A stretch of DNA of 64,000 nucleotides, taken from NCBI GenBank assembly GCA_976551045.1, contig CDPCPM010000011.1, positions 5,332,001-5,396,000 on the forward strand, given 5' to 3'. The notes beneath the pieces were generated by a model. That model made no database searches. It was given only the letters and a program-made list of their open reading frames with translations, and was not told the DNA's origin. Origin of the DNA: Glaucostegus cemiculus (taxonomy: Eukaryota). How positions within the stretch are numbered: position 1 is the first letter of the stretch; every line of letters starts with the position of its first letter. The translations under genes were made by a program, and so were the position numbers. Shown here in pieces: positions 52,376 through 64,000 of the stretch.

Positions 52376-53654
52376 CTGTAAAATAATAGGAATAGCATAA
52401 ATTATCTTTTGCATATTTGATTATAAAATGCCGCCCATAAACCTGGTTTGATCATAGGGCAATGCTCTACTAATGAGCAAAACCCATCAGCTACAGGGTC
52501 TGCTCTACATTCACACCAAACCGTGAAACATTCCTTTGTCAAGTGAAACATGTTCAAATTGAACCTTCCTTAATATATACTGTCCCCAGAAGGCATGTAA
52601 GAGTTCAAAATGATCAAGTAACTGAGATTTATAAATATAGTTTTCAACCTGTTGCTGACGTGATAACCAATGCCAAAAGAGGTCTCATGTTGGCAGCTCT
52701 TGACTGGAGATTGACATTCTCCAGGCTGTGTAGGAGCCTCTGCTCTTGTGGTTGCAGTGCACAATGGGAAGATTTCTGAGGTTTGCACACAGATGTCACA
52801 GCTTAAATCTTGAGAGCCTGAAGGTACTTTTTAATCATGGGTTTGCCTCTCCCACAACAACCGCTCCCTCACTCCCACTACCACCCACAAAAAAGTACTA
52901 TAAATCACAGACAGGTTCCACTAATTCATGGTTATACTGCTGTACAATAGAGCAGTTTGCACTAGACTGGTGCTTTGACAGTGAAATAGAAATAAAAAGC
53001 TCTCCCAGCTCAAACTGTGGGAATGTTGATATCTAAACTGTCGTGATTTTCTGATGAGATGAGGCTGCTGTTGATAAATTCTATTTCTTCTATATACTTC
53101 CTATTTGCATTCTGATATTTAAGGCTAATGTAGAGAAGCGGAGGTGGTGTAGGTGCAAGGTCATTGTGTATGATGGAAATTTTATACACGGCACTCACCT
53201 CCTGCAAACAGCAAATTGTTAACTGAAAGCTCAACTCCCAGAACATTGTGCAATGAATATATTATTTGGGGAATTCAGCTACTAATGATTTTCTTTACAG
53301 ATTTTGTTAAGCTTTAGATTATATATGAAACATGAATAATAAATACAGATGATCTTAAGAAATTTGTTGAGGTTTCTGTGCAGATTTTTATTCCCTGGTA
53401 AGATATTTGTTTCAAAAAAACGTTAGCTTTAATTTCCTTTCATGCTACATTCAAATAAGAAAATCCAATGTGAATTTACTCATATTTGGATTGATAAATA
53501 TTTTAAAGAATTGCATAATTTAATTTCTCAAGAAAAAGCAGAGACAAATCATAATAATGTCGTGTGTTATCAGTGGTCCAATTACAGACATCAACTATCT
53601 GTTGTTAATCTCTCGGTCAATAGAATCAATGTGCCACTTAATATGTGAAGTAAA

Positions 53655-53835
53655 AATTGAAAATGCGAGGAATACTTGGCAGGTCAGGCAGTTTCAGGAG
53701 AGAAGGAAGAGAAAAAACATTCCAGGTAAATAACCCTTCCTCAGAGCTTTTAATGAGAGACAATTGAAACATTCACTCTGCTTCTCTCCATAGATGCTCC
53801 TGATCTGTTGAATATTCTCTGCATTTCCATTTTCA
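53655..53835. mobile_element. inverted pair of Penelope-like terminal repeats, more decayed
   Basis: aaaatgcgaggaatacttggcaggtcaggca versus tgctcctgatctgttgaatattctctgcattt. Confidence 0.5.
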
Positions 53836-55034
53836 TTCAATCATCCATTTGTCATTTAATCTCTCCTGCATGGTAGATGATAGGTACTTTAATTTTTCGT
53901 ATCTCTTTTTCTCATAAAGACTTTCAATTTCCAACCTTTTAACAGCAAAGTTTCAATTCTGAATGGCATAACTCCAATTTTATTTGGCTCTCTTGTTCTG
54001 AATTCATCCACCAGTGTAAATGTATCCAGCCTATTGAACCCACTTGTTATTGTACATGTGTCGCTCAGATCATGGCTAAACAAGCAAATAAAAAATCAAA
54101 TACATGCTAGCCATTGCCATAATTTAACACTTCTGGAATTCTATTCAGTCAGTTCTGTCATGTGTCCCCTTCAAGGCCAATAATTCTTTCCAGAGACTTG
54201 ATAGCCAACACTATTCCAGAACAAGGCTTTATACAGATTCAGTTCCAAACTCTTGAAATTCAGATCAACATTCCTTTACTCTATTGATTATTTTTATATT
54301 TGTGCACTTGGTCTTTTAGAGTTGCCTTCCTGAACACCTAAATCTTTTGTCCCACCACATCTCCTAATGTCTCATCACAGAAAAAAATATCCTAATTGGT
54401 TTTTCATGATTCACATCTCCTAACATTGTTAGTACAGAAGATTAAGAGGAAATCTAAGATTATTAAAGAAATTTAAAAATAATTAAAATTTTTTTGTTCT
54501 GGTGGCGGAATCAAAAATAAGAGGCATAACCAAAAAAAAAGGCTATTCATGGGGAGAAGGCACTTCTCCAAATAAACACTTGTGGAAATTGGGTATGTTT
54601 TCCCATGCCCCTGTCCCTACTTCGACCCCCAACCTCAAGGAAGTTATTGAGATTAGTTTTATTAAAAAGTTCAGAACTGAGAGTACGAGAATTGTGTTAG
54701 ATAAGATCATTGAGGTTTCTGGATCCATGATTGAATGCACATTTCTGCAAAGGGACATTGCCTTTCTGATCAGCATACCCTTGCCTAGGCCTTCAGTCAC
54801 TTTTTTCCCTGATAAAGCAGCTTAATTTCTGCAATGAGGGCACTTTAAAAATGACTATTTGTTCTAGTACTCTGGGGTGGATAGAGTCAGTTCCTGAAAT
54901 CTTGTGTATCTGAATCCCATTATTCTCCTCATTACCATTTTATTTAGATGAATATTGTTATGGTTCACTCCTTGGCTTATTTTTAAGTTCCTTTATGGTT
55001 AATATTTTCCTTCCACACTGTGATGGTCCACAAT

Positions 55035-55130
55035 CCTGATGCAGGGTTTCGACCCAAAATATTGACAATTGCCTTCTCCCCACAGATGCTGCTCAACCCT
55101 CTGAGTTACTCCAGCAGATTGTTTGTTGAT
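55035..55130 (+). mobile_element. Penelope-like terminal repeat with degenerate hammerhead core
   Basis: cctgatgcagggtttcgacccaaaatattgac...cacagatgctgctcaaccctctgagttactccagca. Confidence 0.6.
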
Positions 55131-57407
55131 CCACAATACTTATTCAATAAGTTTCATGTTTCTCTGTTGTCCATTTCATTGTGAACTGCTGCTGTATTTT
55201 ATGTATTCACCTTTCTCCTCAGCAACTCTGCTTCTCTCAATAGATTTTTAAAGCCTTTTGTTGTTAGCATTATGTATTCCTCTTTTACACCTCAGGTTAT
55301 TTGTTTTGCAGCTTTTTGTTGGTTTTAATGCACCCCACCATACCCAGTCTGCTGGATTTCCATTTCGCTTTGCTTTTGTGTAATCTTCTGTTTAATCTGT
55401 CAGGACTCCCTAATTACTCATTGCAACAGCACCTAGTCCTCCAGAGCAAGACCCCCTTAGATATTATTCAGACCTGTGCTTGTGGCTTGGCTGCAAAATG
55501 CAAACTGGTATCTGATAATACCTTAAGAAATATCAGGCTGTATGGAAGCTAGAATGAAGTTCGAAAGGATAACTAGCTTCATATCTTTTACCCATCTTTC
55601 TAGTAACAAATAAAGAGAATAAAAATCCTAATGTGTGTGACTCCTCAATCACAACCCCACATCCACCCTCTCTCATTTGACAGACTGCAGAATGCTAAAG
55701 GATTCTGGTGAAGAGGTCGATCTTTTACCTCTACACCGATATTTAGAACAATTATCTAAATGGAAGGAGGGTGAAAAAAAAAATGAGCCAGAGCTTGCTG
55801 CTTTGGTTCTCTCATTTGGAAGCGCCATTCATGAATGTCCATCACCACATATGTACTTCCCTGGTCTGGAAGCCGAGGGCCAACCTTGCTGGTTCTCCAC
55901 ATCCAGAATTCCAGGCAATGTAATGAGTTCCTGCTGTTTTGGCAGTTGACAAAACCCTATTCCTCAGCACTGCCTGCTCTAAAAGGTGCAACTGTTATTC
56001 AACATTTCAAATATTGCTGGTATTCAACAAGATTTAGAAACCATTAAAATTGAAATAAATTATTTTAAAACATTAATATTTCTAAATAATAGTTAAACAA
56101 TCTTTAAATGCCTCTAAAATATCAAATAATGAAAACTATTAAACTAAAGAAAACTTATATTTTCCCTTGTGCTCTTGATTCTTAGGTCTTCCAATCACTA
56201 TTGAAATCAGTGGGGCTTTGGATCCTGCACAAGATCTGACTCACAAAGGACCTGAAGTGCAATGTACCTGCATGATAATGGGGAAACTCAGCAAAACTGG
56301 GCTCCAGTTCTAGACTATGGACAGTCTAGGGGAGTCCAGTACCAGACTGAACTGTCAGACTCAGCCTTACATACACATCTGTCATTAAGTCTGTGACCTC
56401 CGTGTTTGACGGCACGTGCGAGGAAATCGTGGACTCACTGTCACTTAAGTGGCTAAATGCTTGGAACCATTGGCATTAGCAAGCAAGATCCGGACAATTA
56501 ATTAACCACATTTGTAGTGAAAAGTAAGAACTTCAAACATAAATTGAGGACAAATAATTTTCCTATTAAAACTTTAATTAAAATGCTTTCCAATTATGCA
56601 TCTCTGCTGTGTAAAACAAATAATCTTTCAAAAGCAAATTTGTCCTCTATTTCACATTAACTAGCTTGTAGCAGCTCACTTCCACCTTGTTACTGCATCA
56701 TTTGCAGCATTTTTCCACCAGTTATTTTTTTATTGGCAGAAATATTTATTGTCTGTGCTTTTCTTTAAATTAGGAAGAATCATTTCTAAAGGTTGTACAG
56801 CTTTGAAAGGGCACAGTGATACAAAAGTGAACTATTATAGCTTCAATTTATAGGGATTTTAACTTCTGGGCTTTACCCTGGGTTAATGATTGGAGTGGAG
56901 AGGTAATCTTTAAGCCTGTTCTCTGTAAACAATTTCACTACAATTAGCATTTTGTGAAAACCTTTCCCCAATGGTGTGCCAGAATTCTCATTATGTTTTA
57001 CAGCTTCAAAGTAAAACAATTCACATTGGTAAGAGTAGAACAATGCAAAAGGGAATGTATAGAATCATCTACAGAGTGCTTATAGAATTTGCTTGCAATT
57101 TATGCAAATTATTCTTGGTGCTAAAGCATAACACCATCCACATGTCAAAGCACACATGCAGATGTACAGCATGTTTTACCATGGCCATATCCAAATAGCA
57201 CACAAAACAGCTGTGATGGAAGTTAAAACTGGATCAGTTGCAGCACATTTAGAACAGGCTCATAACATCTTGCACTGCAGATCTATTATTTCATATAGAT
57301 TTAAAGAAATTAAATTCCAAGAATATAGTTTACACTGGACCGTTGACAAAGGACCATTAAATAAAATAGATTTGATAAGTCCAGAATGATTTTGCACTGA
57401 TACTCAC

Positions 57408-57540
57408 GCTCCATACGTGGGGATAGGTGGAGGTGGGGGTGCAGCGCGGAAGGTGTTGTAAACAGCGCGACCTCGCCCCCGTAAATGAGCTCCTCTGTAA
57501 GCTACAGCTGCTCCAGCTGCTGGGTACGGAAAACCAGTCA
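57408..57540 (-). CDS. RBFOX3: RBFOX3 (NeuN) internal coding exon, 133 nt
   Basis: Minus strand reads ttgtctctag|TGACTGGT...TATGGAGC|gtgagt. It translates (V)[43 protein letters not shown](A), part of the Fox-1 C-terminal domain. VTGFPYP, RAVYNTF and IPTYGA match RBFOX3 rather than RBFOX1/2 as I recall them. Confidence 0.96.
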
Positions 57541-57782
57541 CTAGAGACAAAGAGGAAAATCAGGTTTACCAGTGGGCCATACATTCATTACAGCTCAATT
57601 AGAAGCTAAATTGATTAACTGCTTCATGCGAGTACTTGTGTGATTGAGCCCATTATGTAGCATATTGCACACAAAGAAAAACATCCCAAACAAAATCCTT
57701 CTTCAAACTTACACCTTTCTAGCACTGCTCATGTACAGAGAAATCTCTAAGAGTTTTAGAGGTAAAATAACAAAGGACATTT

Positions 57783-57828
57783 GGGGGGGGGGGGGGGGGG
57801 GGAGAAAAAAAGGGGGAGGTGGAGGGGA
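57783..57828. repeat. G20 homopolymer and purine tract
   Basis: 20 consecutive G at 57783-57802, then agaaaaaaagggggaggtggagggg. Confidence 0.9.
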
Positions 57829-58129
57829 AAACTGAAAGCACAACTGAAGGGAAAGAATTTTGAGTGATTTAAAAAGAGGGAGGTTATGAGTTAGTTATTG
57901 TTGAAGAGCATTCCAGAAGGTGATAAGTGTGAAGGGCTGAGGTGAATGATGGGAGATGATGGGTGCAGGGGTGAGAGGTGAGGAGCTGTGAGATATGGGG
58001 AGGTGAGGGGTGAGGGTATTGTTGGGGGGGGGTGAGGGTTGAGGGTTGATAGTATTGTTGAGGAAGGTGAGGGATGTGGTGGAGTGAAGGTCATGCGGAT
58101 GAGAGGTAGGGATGAAAAGCAGAGCATTT

Positions 58130-58850
58130 GTTAAATGATGAGAGATTGGTTAATGTTGATAATCAAATGTGTGCTTGCAGATGTCATCAAAGTCCAACAT
58201 GCAAGCGCAGCAAGCAATGAGGAAGGCAAATGGCATGTTAGCTGTTATTATGAGTGAATTTCAATACAGGAGTAAGAGGCCTTATTGCAATTGTATAGGA
58301 CCTTGGTAAGAAGGCACCTGGAGTACTGTGTACAGATTTGGTCTCCTTACCTAAGAAAGGATGACATGCCATGGAGGGAGTGCAGCAAAGATTCACTTGA
58401 CTCGATGGCAGGTTTGCTGTATGAACTGGGACTGTATTCTCTAGAGTTTAGAAGAATGAGAGGAGATTGAAACTGACAAAATTCTTCAATGGTTTGACAG
58501 GCTGGATGTAGTGCAGAGGTTTCCTCTGACTTAGGAGTCTAGGAGCAGGGGTCACGGTTTCAGAATAAGGGGTGGGTTATTTAGAGGTATGATAAGGAAA
58601 AATTTCTTCACACAGAGGGTGAAGAAGTTTTGGAATTTTCTACCCCAGTGGGATGTGGATGCTTGGACACTCTGTGCATTCAAAAACAATGACCAATAGT
58701 TTTCTGAGTGTTATGGGAATCAAGGAGTATAGGGATATTGTGTGAAAATAGCACTGAGATAGATCAGCCACAATCAATGAATTTGTGGAGCAGGTTCAAA
58801 GATCCGAATAAGGTACTCCTGTTCCTAATTCCTATATTTGCATATTCCTA
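58130..58850 (+). mobile_element. CR1 LINE 3' fragment
   Basis: ORF 58285..58470 reads QLYRTLVRRHLEYCVQIWSPYLRKD...LGLYSLEFRRMRGD. Confidence 0.9.
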
Positions 58851-58871
58851 CGAGGAGTGAGTGGCACAGGG

Positions 58872-59250
58872 ATCAGAATTAGAATCAGAATCAGGTTTAT
58901 TATCACTGACATACATCGTGAAATTTGTTGTTTTGTGGCAGCAGTACAGTGCAAGACATAAAATTACTATAAGTTACCAAAAAAGAAATTAAATAGTGCA
59001 AAAGATGAATAATGAGGTAGAGTTCATGGGTTCAAAGACGGTTCAGAAATCTGATGGTGGAGGGGAAGAAGCTGTCCCTGAAACATTGAGGGTGGGTCTT
59101 CAGGCTCCTGTACCTCTTCCTCGATAGTAGTAATGAGAAGAGATCATGTCCAGGGTGGTGAAGGTCCTTTAATGACAGATGCTGCCTTCTTGAGGTACTG
59201 CCTCTTGAAAATGTCCTCAGTAGTGGGGAGGGTTGTGCCCGTGATGGAGT
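58872..59250 (-). mobile_element. Rex1/Babar-like LINE 3' end
   Basis: ORF 59032..59370 ends LKDLHHPGHDLFSLLLSRKRYRSLKTH..FRDSFFPSTIRFLN; a short repeat tail and AATAAA lie at 58872-58901 on the minus strand. Confidence 0.85.
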
Positions 59251-61889
59251 GTGAGGGGTATGATGAGGGTGTGGAATGCTGCAGGGGATGAAGGGTGTGG
59301 GAGGTTGTCTGCATGCCGGATGGGGGAATAGGTGATGGGTTAAGGAGGAGCCTACTGGCTGAGAGAGCAACTAATAATGGTGGAAGGTTGGGGGGTGGGA
59401 GAGTGGGGAGCTGGTGCCTGACAGTGGTGCAGGGTGGAGAAGACTGCAGAGGTGATTGAGGGTGAGGATAAGATTCCTCCTATTACTTTTCTGTAATGTG
59501 GGGTGAATAAAATGAAATTAGTGTAAGATTTGCGTAAAAGCATGCTTGATGGATGGCACGGTCAGTGGGCCAAAGGGCCCGTCTCCATGCTGTATGACCC
59601 GTTGAGTACGAGGAAATAATTGTACTGCTCAGGACAGGGCTGACAGAAATCTTGGTCTTAATTGGGGTAAGAGTATCAGATGCATTGTTCAAGATATTTA
59701 TCTAGTAGCAAACAAGATGTACATTGAAGAAATTTATCTTGAGATAATAAGGAGAGGAATCAGGATATTGGGGGCAACAGGGTTGATGGACTTGTGAGGG
59801 CAGTGGAAGAAAGTTCTTATAGTAATAGGTGAAATGCTGGGAAAGACTCTAAACAATACAAGGCCTCCTTCCCACGCACCTCAGCACAAAGTGGCAGTTA
59901 GGAAGTCCATTGAGTTAAGGGTGGTAGTTACATAGCTGCAATTCAAGTTGTAAAAGCTATGTACATCAATTAAAGCTGCATGACAAGGGAAAAAAGTAAT
60001 AAAAATCTCTCATGCTCAGAATATAAGCTGAGAACCTGTTTAAAATGCTCTGTGTTGTAAGTCTCTGCAAAGACTCAATGATGTGATTAATCTCGTCTGA
60101 AGCTGACTCCCTTTGATCACCTTCTACCACCTCCAACCACACCAACCCTGTTCATATAATAACTGCCAATAAACTCTTGATGAATACTACCTTACTACAA
60201 AATTATCCACTCTATTGTTGAACTAACCCTGATGCAGAACTCAAACTACTGTCCAGTGAAAGCTCATCAGGAAGACTTCTAACAGGTAACAGGAAATGTA
60301 ACAAAAGAATTAATTTCACTCTCCTTTTTCACACAGAAGGCAGGGAAGTAACAGTGGAAGAACAAGAAAGAGGCAATTTTAGTGTATCGCATGGTTTATT
60401 GGCAGTTTTAACATTGATCTTCCTGACTATTAGATATTATGGGCAAGCAGGCATTTAACACACCATTGAAAAGACTTGGAAAAACATTTTCTAGGGCTGT
60501 GGCTGGATCATTTTTGGGAATGGTCTTAAGGTTAATAGAAATAATTCTTTGGGCGATCTACATGAATATGAAACTTGGATAAATTTCAAGTAACGGAATA
60601 ACAGTCTGAGCCTGATACTAAACTGAATAATTACAAATGTTAATGAGACAATGCTAAATAGAGCTCTTTTCAAACCTTCTGGCCTATAATATTAAAAAGA
60701 ACTAATCAGTAAGAAACAAATAGTAAGAAACTCATGTAGAACTGGTGCCAGGATTTTGAGGGCTATACAGTATTGTTGGCCATTGAGGAAAGGTTCTAGC
60801 ATTGAACATATAGCTACAGACACAATTAACAATGAACACCAATAGTAATTGACTAAGATATTGAAGAAAACAACACTCCACACTGTCAAACAAAACAGTC
60901 AATTCAGCACTGGTCCTCAAGAGCACACCAGTTCACCTTTAAAGACCAGAACATAAGTATCAGACATATGACAGGAGTGGGCTACTGTTATTGGCAAGTT
61001 ATAATTCACTCAAGGAATAAAATACAAATGTTTCTATGGTGTGAACTGCACTCTCAAACACATTTGGTAATTCTGAACTCAGTGGTGATTAATGAATAGA
61101 AGATGAGGCTGAAATGTTTCCTTATATGTAGAAGACCTCAGCACACTGGAGGTCACCACTGCAACATCCTGCTGCTTGTTCTGTCATTTAAAACAGAACT
61201 TGCTCTATAGTTATTGCAGTCACTTTTGCTGCATGATGGTTCATTACTGTATTTCAATGTAAGTAAAAATTGGAAGATGAATAATAGATAAACTTGGATG
61301 GGACAATGTGTTACACGTGGTTATTTCCATTCTTTTAAATTCAACCCAGAGTTTATTAGTAAAAATTGCTGTATTCTTTGCCTGTCACTGTCCTAAGTGG
61401 CATCAGTTTGATGGTCTCAATCCAACCCTTACTGGTTAAGGGGCAAAGGGTATTATTTGATAATCTCACTCAGCGATCACAGTTTGGCTGCAGGGAGTCT
61501 AAGGGAAATTACTGTACACAGAGGAGCTTTATTCTGTATCTAACCATGTCGCTTTTGACCCAGGAGTATTTTCTGTAGACACTTGCAGCTGAGCTCGTTT
61601 AAAGATACTTCTGGAGTGAGAAACGATATTGAGAGGAAAATCATCTAATTTCTATTGATGGGTTCTGGACACATGATGTTGGCTTTGTGCTCCAGCAGTG
61701 AGCTGATCTTGTCTCTTCTGTGCTGGTTTCCTGCACTGGAGCTCTCACATAAGAACACTCAATGGATTCCTTACAATGAGAATGGCTTATTGATCTAACA
61801 GCAATGGTACTGATGTGAAACCTTGCTGCAAAATTTATTTTAAGTAATTTTAGTATAACCTGTATCAATATTTTCCTTCACTATTGTAA

Positions 61890-62000
61890 TAGAATCATAG
61901 AGTCATATAGCACAGAAACAGGCCCTTTGGCCCACTATGTCTCTGCAGACCTTTTTGCCTATCCACACCTATCTTATTAGGACCGTATCGTTATGTGCCT
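61890..62000 (-). mobile_element. CR1 3' tail fragment
   Basis: tagaatcatagagtcatatagcacagaaacaggccctttggcccac. Confidence 0.7.
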
Positions 62001-62398
62001 TAAAATGCCTTATGTAGGAAATTCCAAACACTGAACTTGGAGAGAAAAATATTTTGCAGCCATAGTTGTGAGAACTCTGCTAAGTACTATCTCGAGCAAA
62101 GTCATATGCCTATTCTTTTGGAACATTATTACAATTTTGTATTAAGTAGCAACTGGACAAAATTATTGTTTGCTCTAATGAAATTAATCATTACCTTTCA
62201 GAAGCAAACTATGTTGTTGAGCCCTATTCAAGCAAAAACACTGCAGTAAAAGATACCACTGGTGTGAGGCAGGTTCTCCTGGAGCGCAACTGGCAAGATT
62301 TATTATGGACAGAGAACCAATCCCCTACAGAAACTTATAGTTTGGTAGAAACTGCATTATGAGTGAAATCCCACATTTTCGAGTGGATCTCATATGAG

Positions 62399-64000
62399 AA
62401 AGGTCTTGGGAGGGAGCTCCCTTACAGTTGTTTCTCCCCAGAATCTCACTAGACTCCAGAACCTTATTAAAATCAGGACTAAATTTTGAATTTATGCTTT
62501 TGCTTCATTGTCAAAGCACATTGATGATATTATATGGTGTCCCAGAGCATTTCACATGTCTTCTTCACCACCTTATTCTCCTACGCTGCCACTTTCACAG
62601 ACTTGTACCCCAAGATCCCTCTATTCATCAGCACTCCCTAGGGCCCTGCCATTTATTGTTTGCCACTGTGCATTTGTCAGGATTAAATTCAATTTGCTAT
62701 TGCTCCGTCCAACTTTCCAGCTGATCTATATCATGCCATAGACCTGAATAACCTTCCTTGCTTTCTACAACACCAGTAATTTTTGTATTATCTACAGACT
62801 TTCTAATCATACCTTGTACATTGACATCCAAGCTGTTAATATACATCACAAACATAAAGGTTCCCAGCACCAATCCTTGTGATAGACCATGGGTCACAGT
62901 TTTCCAATCAGAAAAGCAACCCTCTACCACCACTCTACCTCCTATTACCAAGCCAATTTTTGATCCAAGTTGTCAGCATGCCATCTCATCCCATGGACTC
63001 CAACCTCCTGAACCAGTCTACCATGTGGGACCTCATTGAAGGGATTACTAAAGTCTATGCAGACAACATCTACCACAATCTCCTCATTAAATTGCTTAGC
63101 TGCCTCCTCTAAAGATTAAATCAAATTTGTGAGATAGTATTTCCCATGTACAAAGCCAAGCTAACAATCTCTAATCCATTCCTGCCCTTACAAGTGAAGA
63201 TAAATCCTGTCCCTTAGGTTCCCTCCCAATGCATAAACTGCACAGACAGCACCCGAGGCCAGAATTGAACCAACTTGCCTGGAGATGTAAAGCAGTTTTG
63301 CACTAACTTTACTGCAAAAATGCTGCTCTTTTACTTGAAGCAGATTTAAAAATTATTTAGTATCTTAGACTTATAAAAAAAGTTATACAAAATTCTGGCC
63401 TTCACCAGCCATTTGAAGAGATTGTGAATGAATCAGTGGATGTCAGAGGAATGGACAAGTTCAAGTGCAACAACACATGTGAATGATCTGACGGTTGGTT
63501 AGGGTTAGGGAGGGGCAGGAGAGCTTCCTTCTCACCAGTTCAAAACCAGGTGTGAAGGGCATTTATCAGCATCAGGGATGTCTCTCCTTGTTGGAGTGAA
63601 GATAACTACAGAATTAATATTTTATTCTGCTTGCTGCTTTCAGATCAGTCAGGAGGCATTATCTGAAACAAGTAATCTACAATGCATGCAAGATGAAACA
63701 AGTAATGTTTACAAGGGAACAAACTTTCTGCAAGGCAAACAGTAAATTACAGAGCCCTAGGGAGTGTTGATGAACAGAGGGATCTTGGGGTACAAGTCCC
63801 TGAAAATGGCAGCGTAGGAGAATAATGTGGTGAAGAAGGCATGTGGAATGCTCTGGGACACCATATAATGTCATCAATGTGCTTTGACTATGAAGCAAAA
63901 GCATAAATTCAGAATTTAGTCCTAATTTTAATAAAGTTCTAGAGCCTAGTGAGATTCTGGGAAAAACAAATGTAGGAGAGAGCTCCCTCCTAAGACCTTT
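62399..64000. repeat. inverted duplication, arms 62399-62664 and 63734-64000 (right arm runs off the window)
   Basis: By-eye alignment gives about 26 differences in about 267 nt (roughly 90% identity). ORFs 62428..62724(+) and 63677..63904(-) are near copies. Confidence 0.92.
62540..63215 (-). mobile_element. CR1 LINE RT fragment
   Basis: ORF 62697..62951 reads RVVVEGCFSDWKTVTHGLSQGLVLGTFMFVMYINSLD...KSVDNTKI, a decayed GVPQGSVLGP...FADDTKI. Confidence 0.88.

Noticed and set aside
28869-57540. Assignment of the gene as RBFOX1 or RBFOX2
   Set aside because: [29 protein letters not shown] and RFTPY match RBFOX3 as I recall it. The RBFOX1 NAFAPL... extension is absent.
57541-64000. Upstream RBFOX3 exons (GWKLNPVVG...; RRM)
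   Set aside because: Searched by eye and not found; they presumably lie beyond the window.
1-64000. Prokaryotic-type systems (CRISPR arrays, operons, defence islands), tRNA or rRNA genes
   Set aside because: The sequence is intron-containing vertebrate DNA. I saw no regularly spaced repeat array and no intact tRNA or rRNA; tRNA-like heads belong to SINEs.

Overview
Eukaryotic (vertebrate) genomic DNA, AT-rich and CpG-poor. Its repeats (CR1, Rex1/Babar-like, Deu- and V-domain SINEs, Penelope-like tails) suggest a cartilaginous fish, probably a ray; this is inference. The one gene I can support is the 3' half of RBFOX3 (NeuN) on the minus strand. It has five coding exons (57408-57540, 52336-52375, 44861-44925, 32221-32299, 28869-28913), all with AG/GT boundaries and compatible phases. 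They splice to [120 protein letters not shown]. The RRM exons lie beyond base 64000. A long 3'UTR in a repeat-poor zone follows, and 1-21 kb is intergenic with retroelement relics. Nearly all ORFs in the supplied track are spurious or TE fragments. Most interesting, all unverified: (1) two tandem candidate cassette exons (56 nt, resembling RBFOX1 A53, and 67 nt, a poison exon) that could switch RBFOX3 between nuclear, cytoplasmic, NMD and insertion isoforms; (2) an upstream alternative last-exon acceptor that would drop the PY-NLS; (3) an intronic pri-miRNA-like hairpin that pairs fully only on the RBFOX3 sense strand and buries a UGCAUG; (4) an M43-like exon relic; (5) a ~90% identical inverted duplication; (6) palindromic Penelope-like elements with degenerate hammerhead cores. 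All alignments were done by eye and comparisons with mammalian proteins are from memory.
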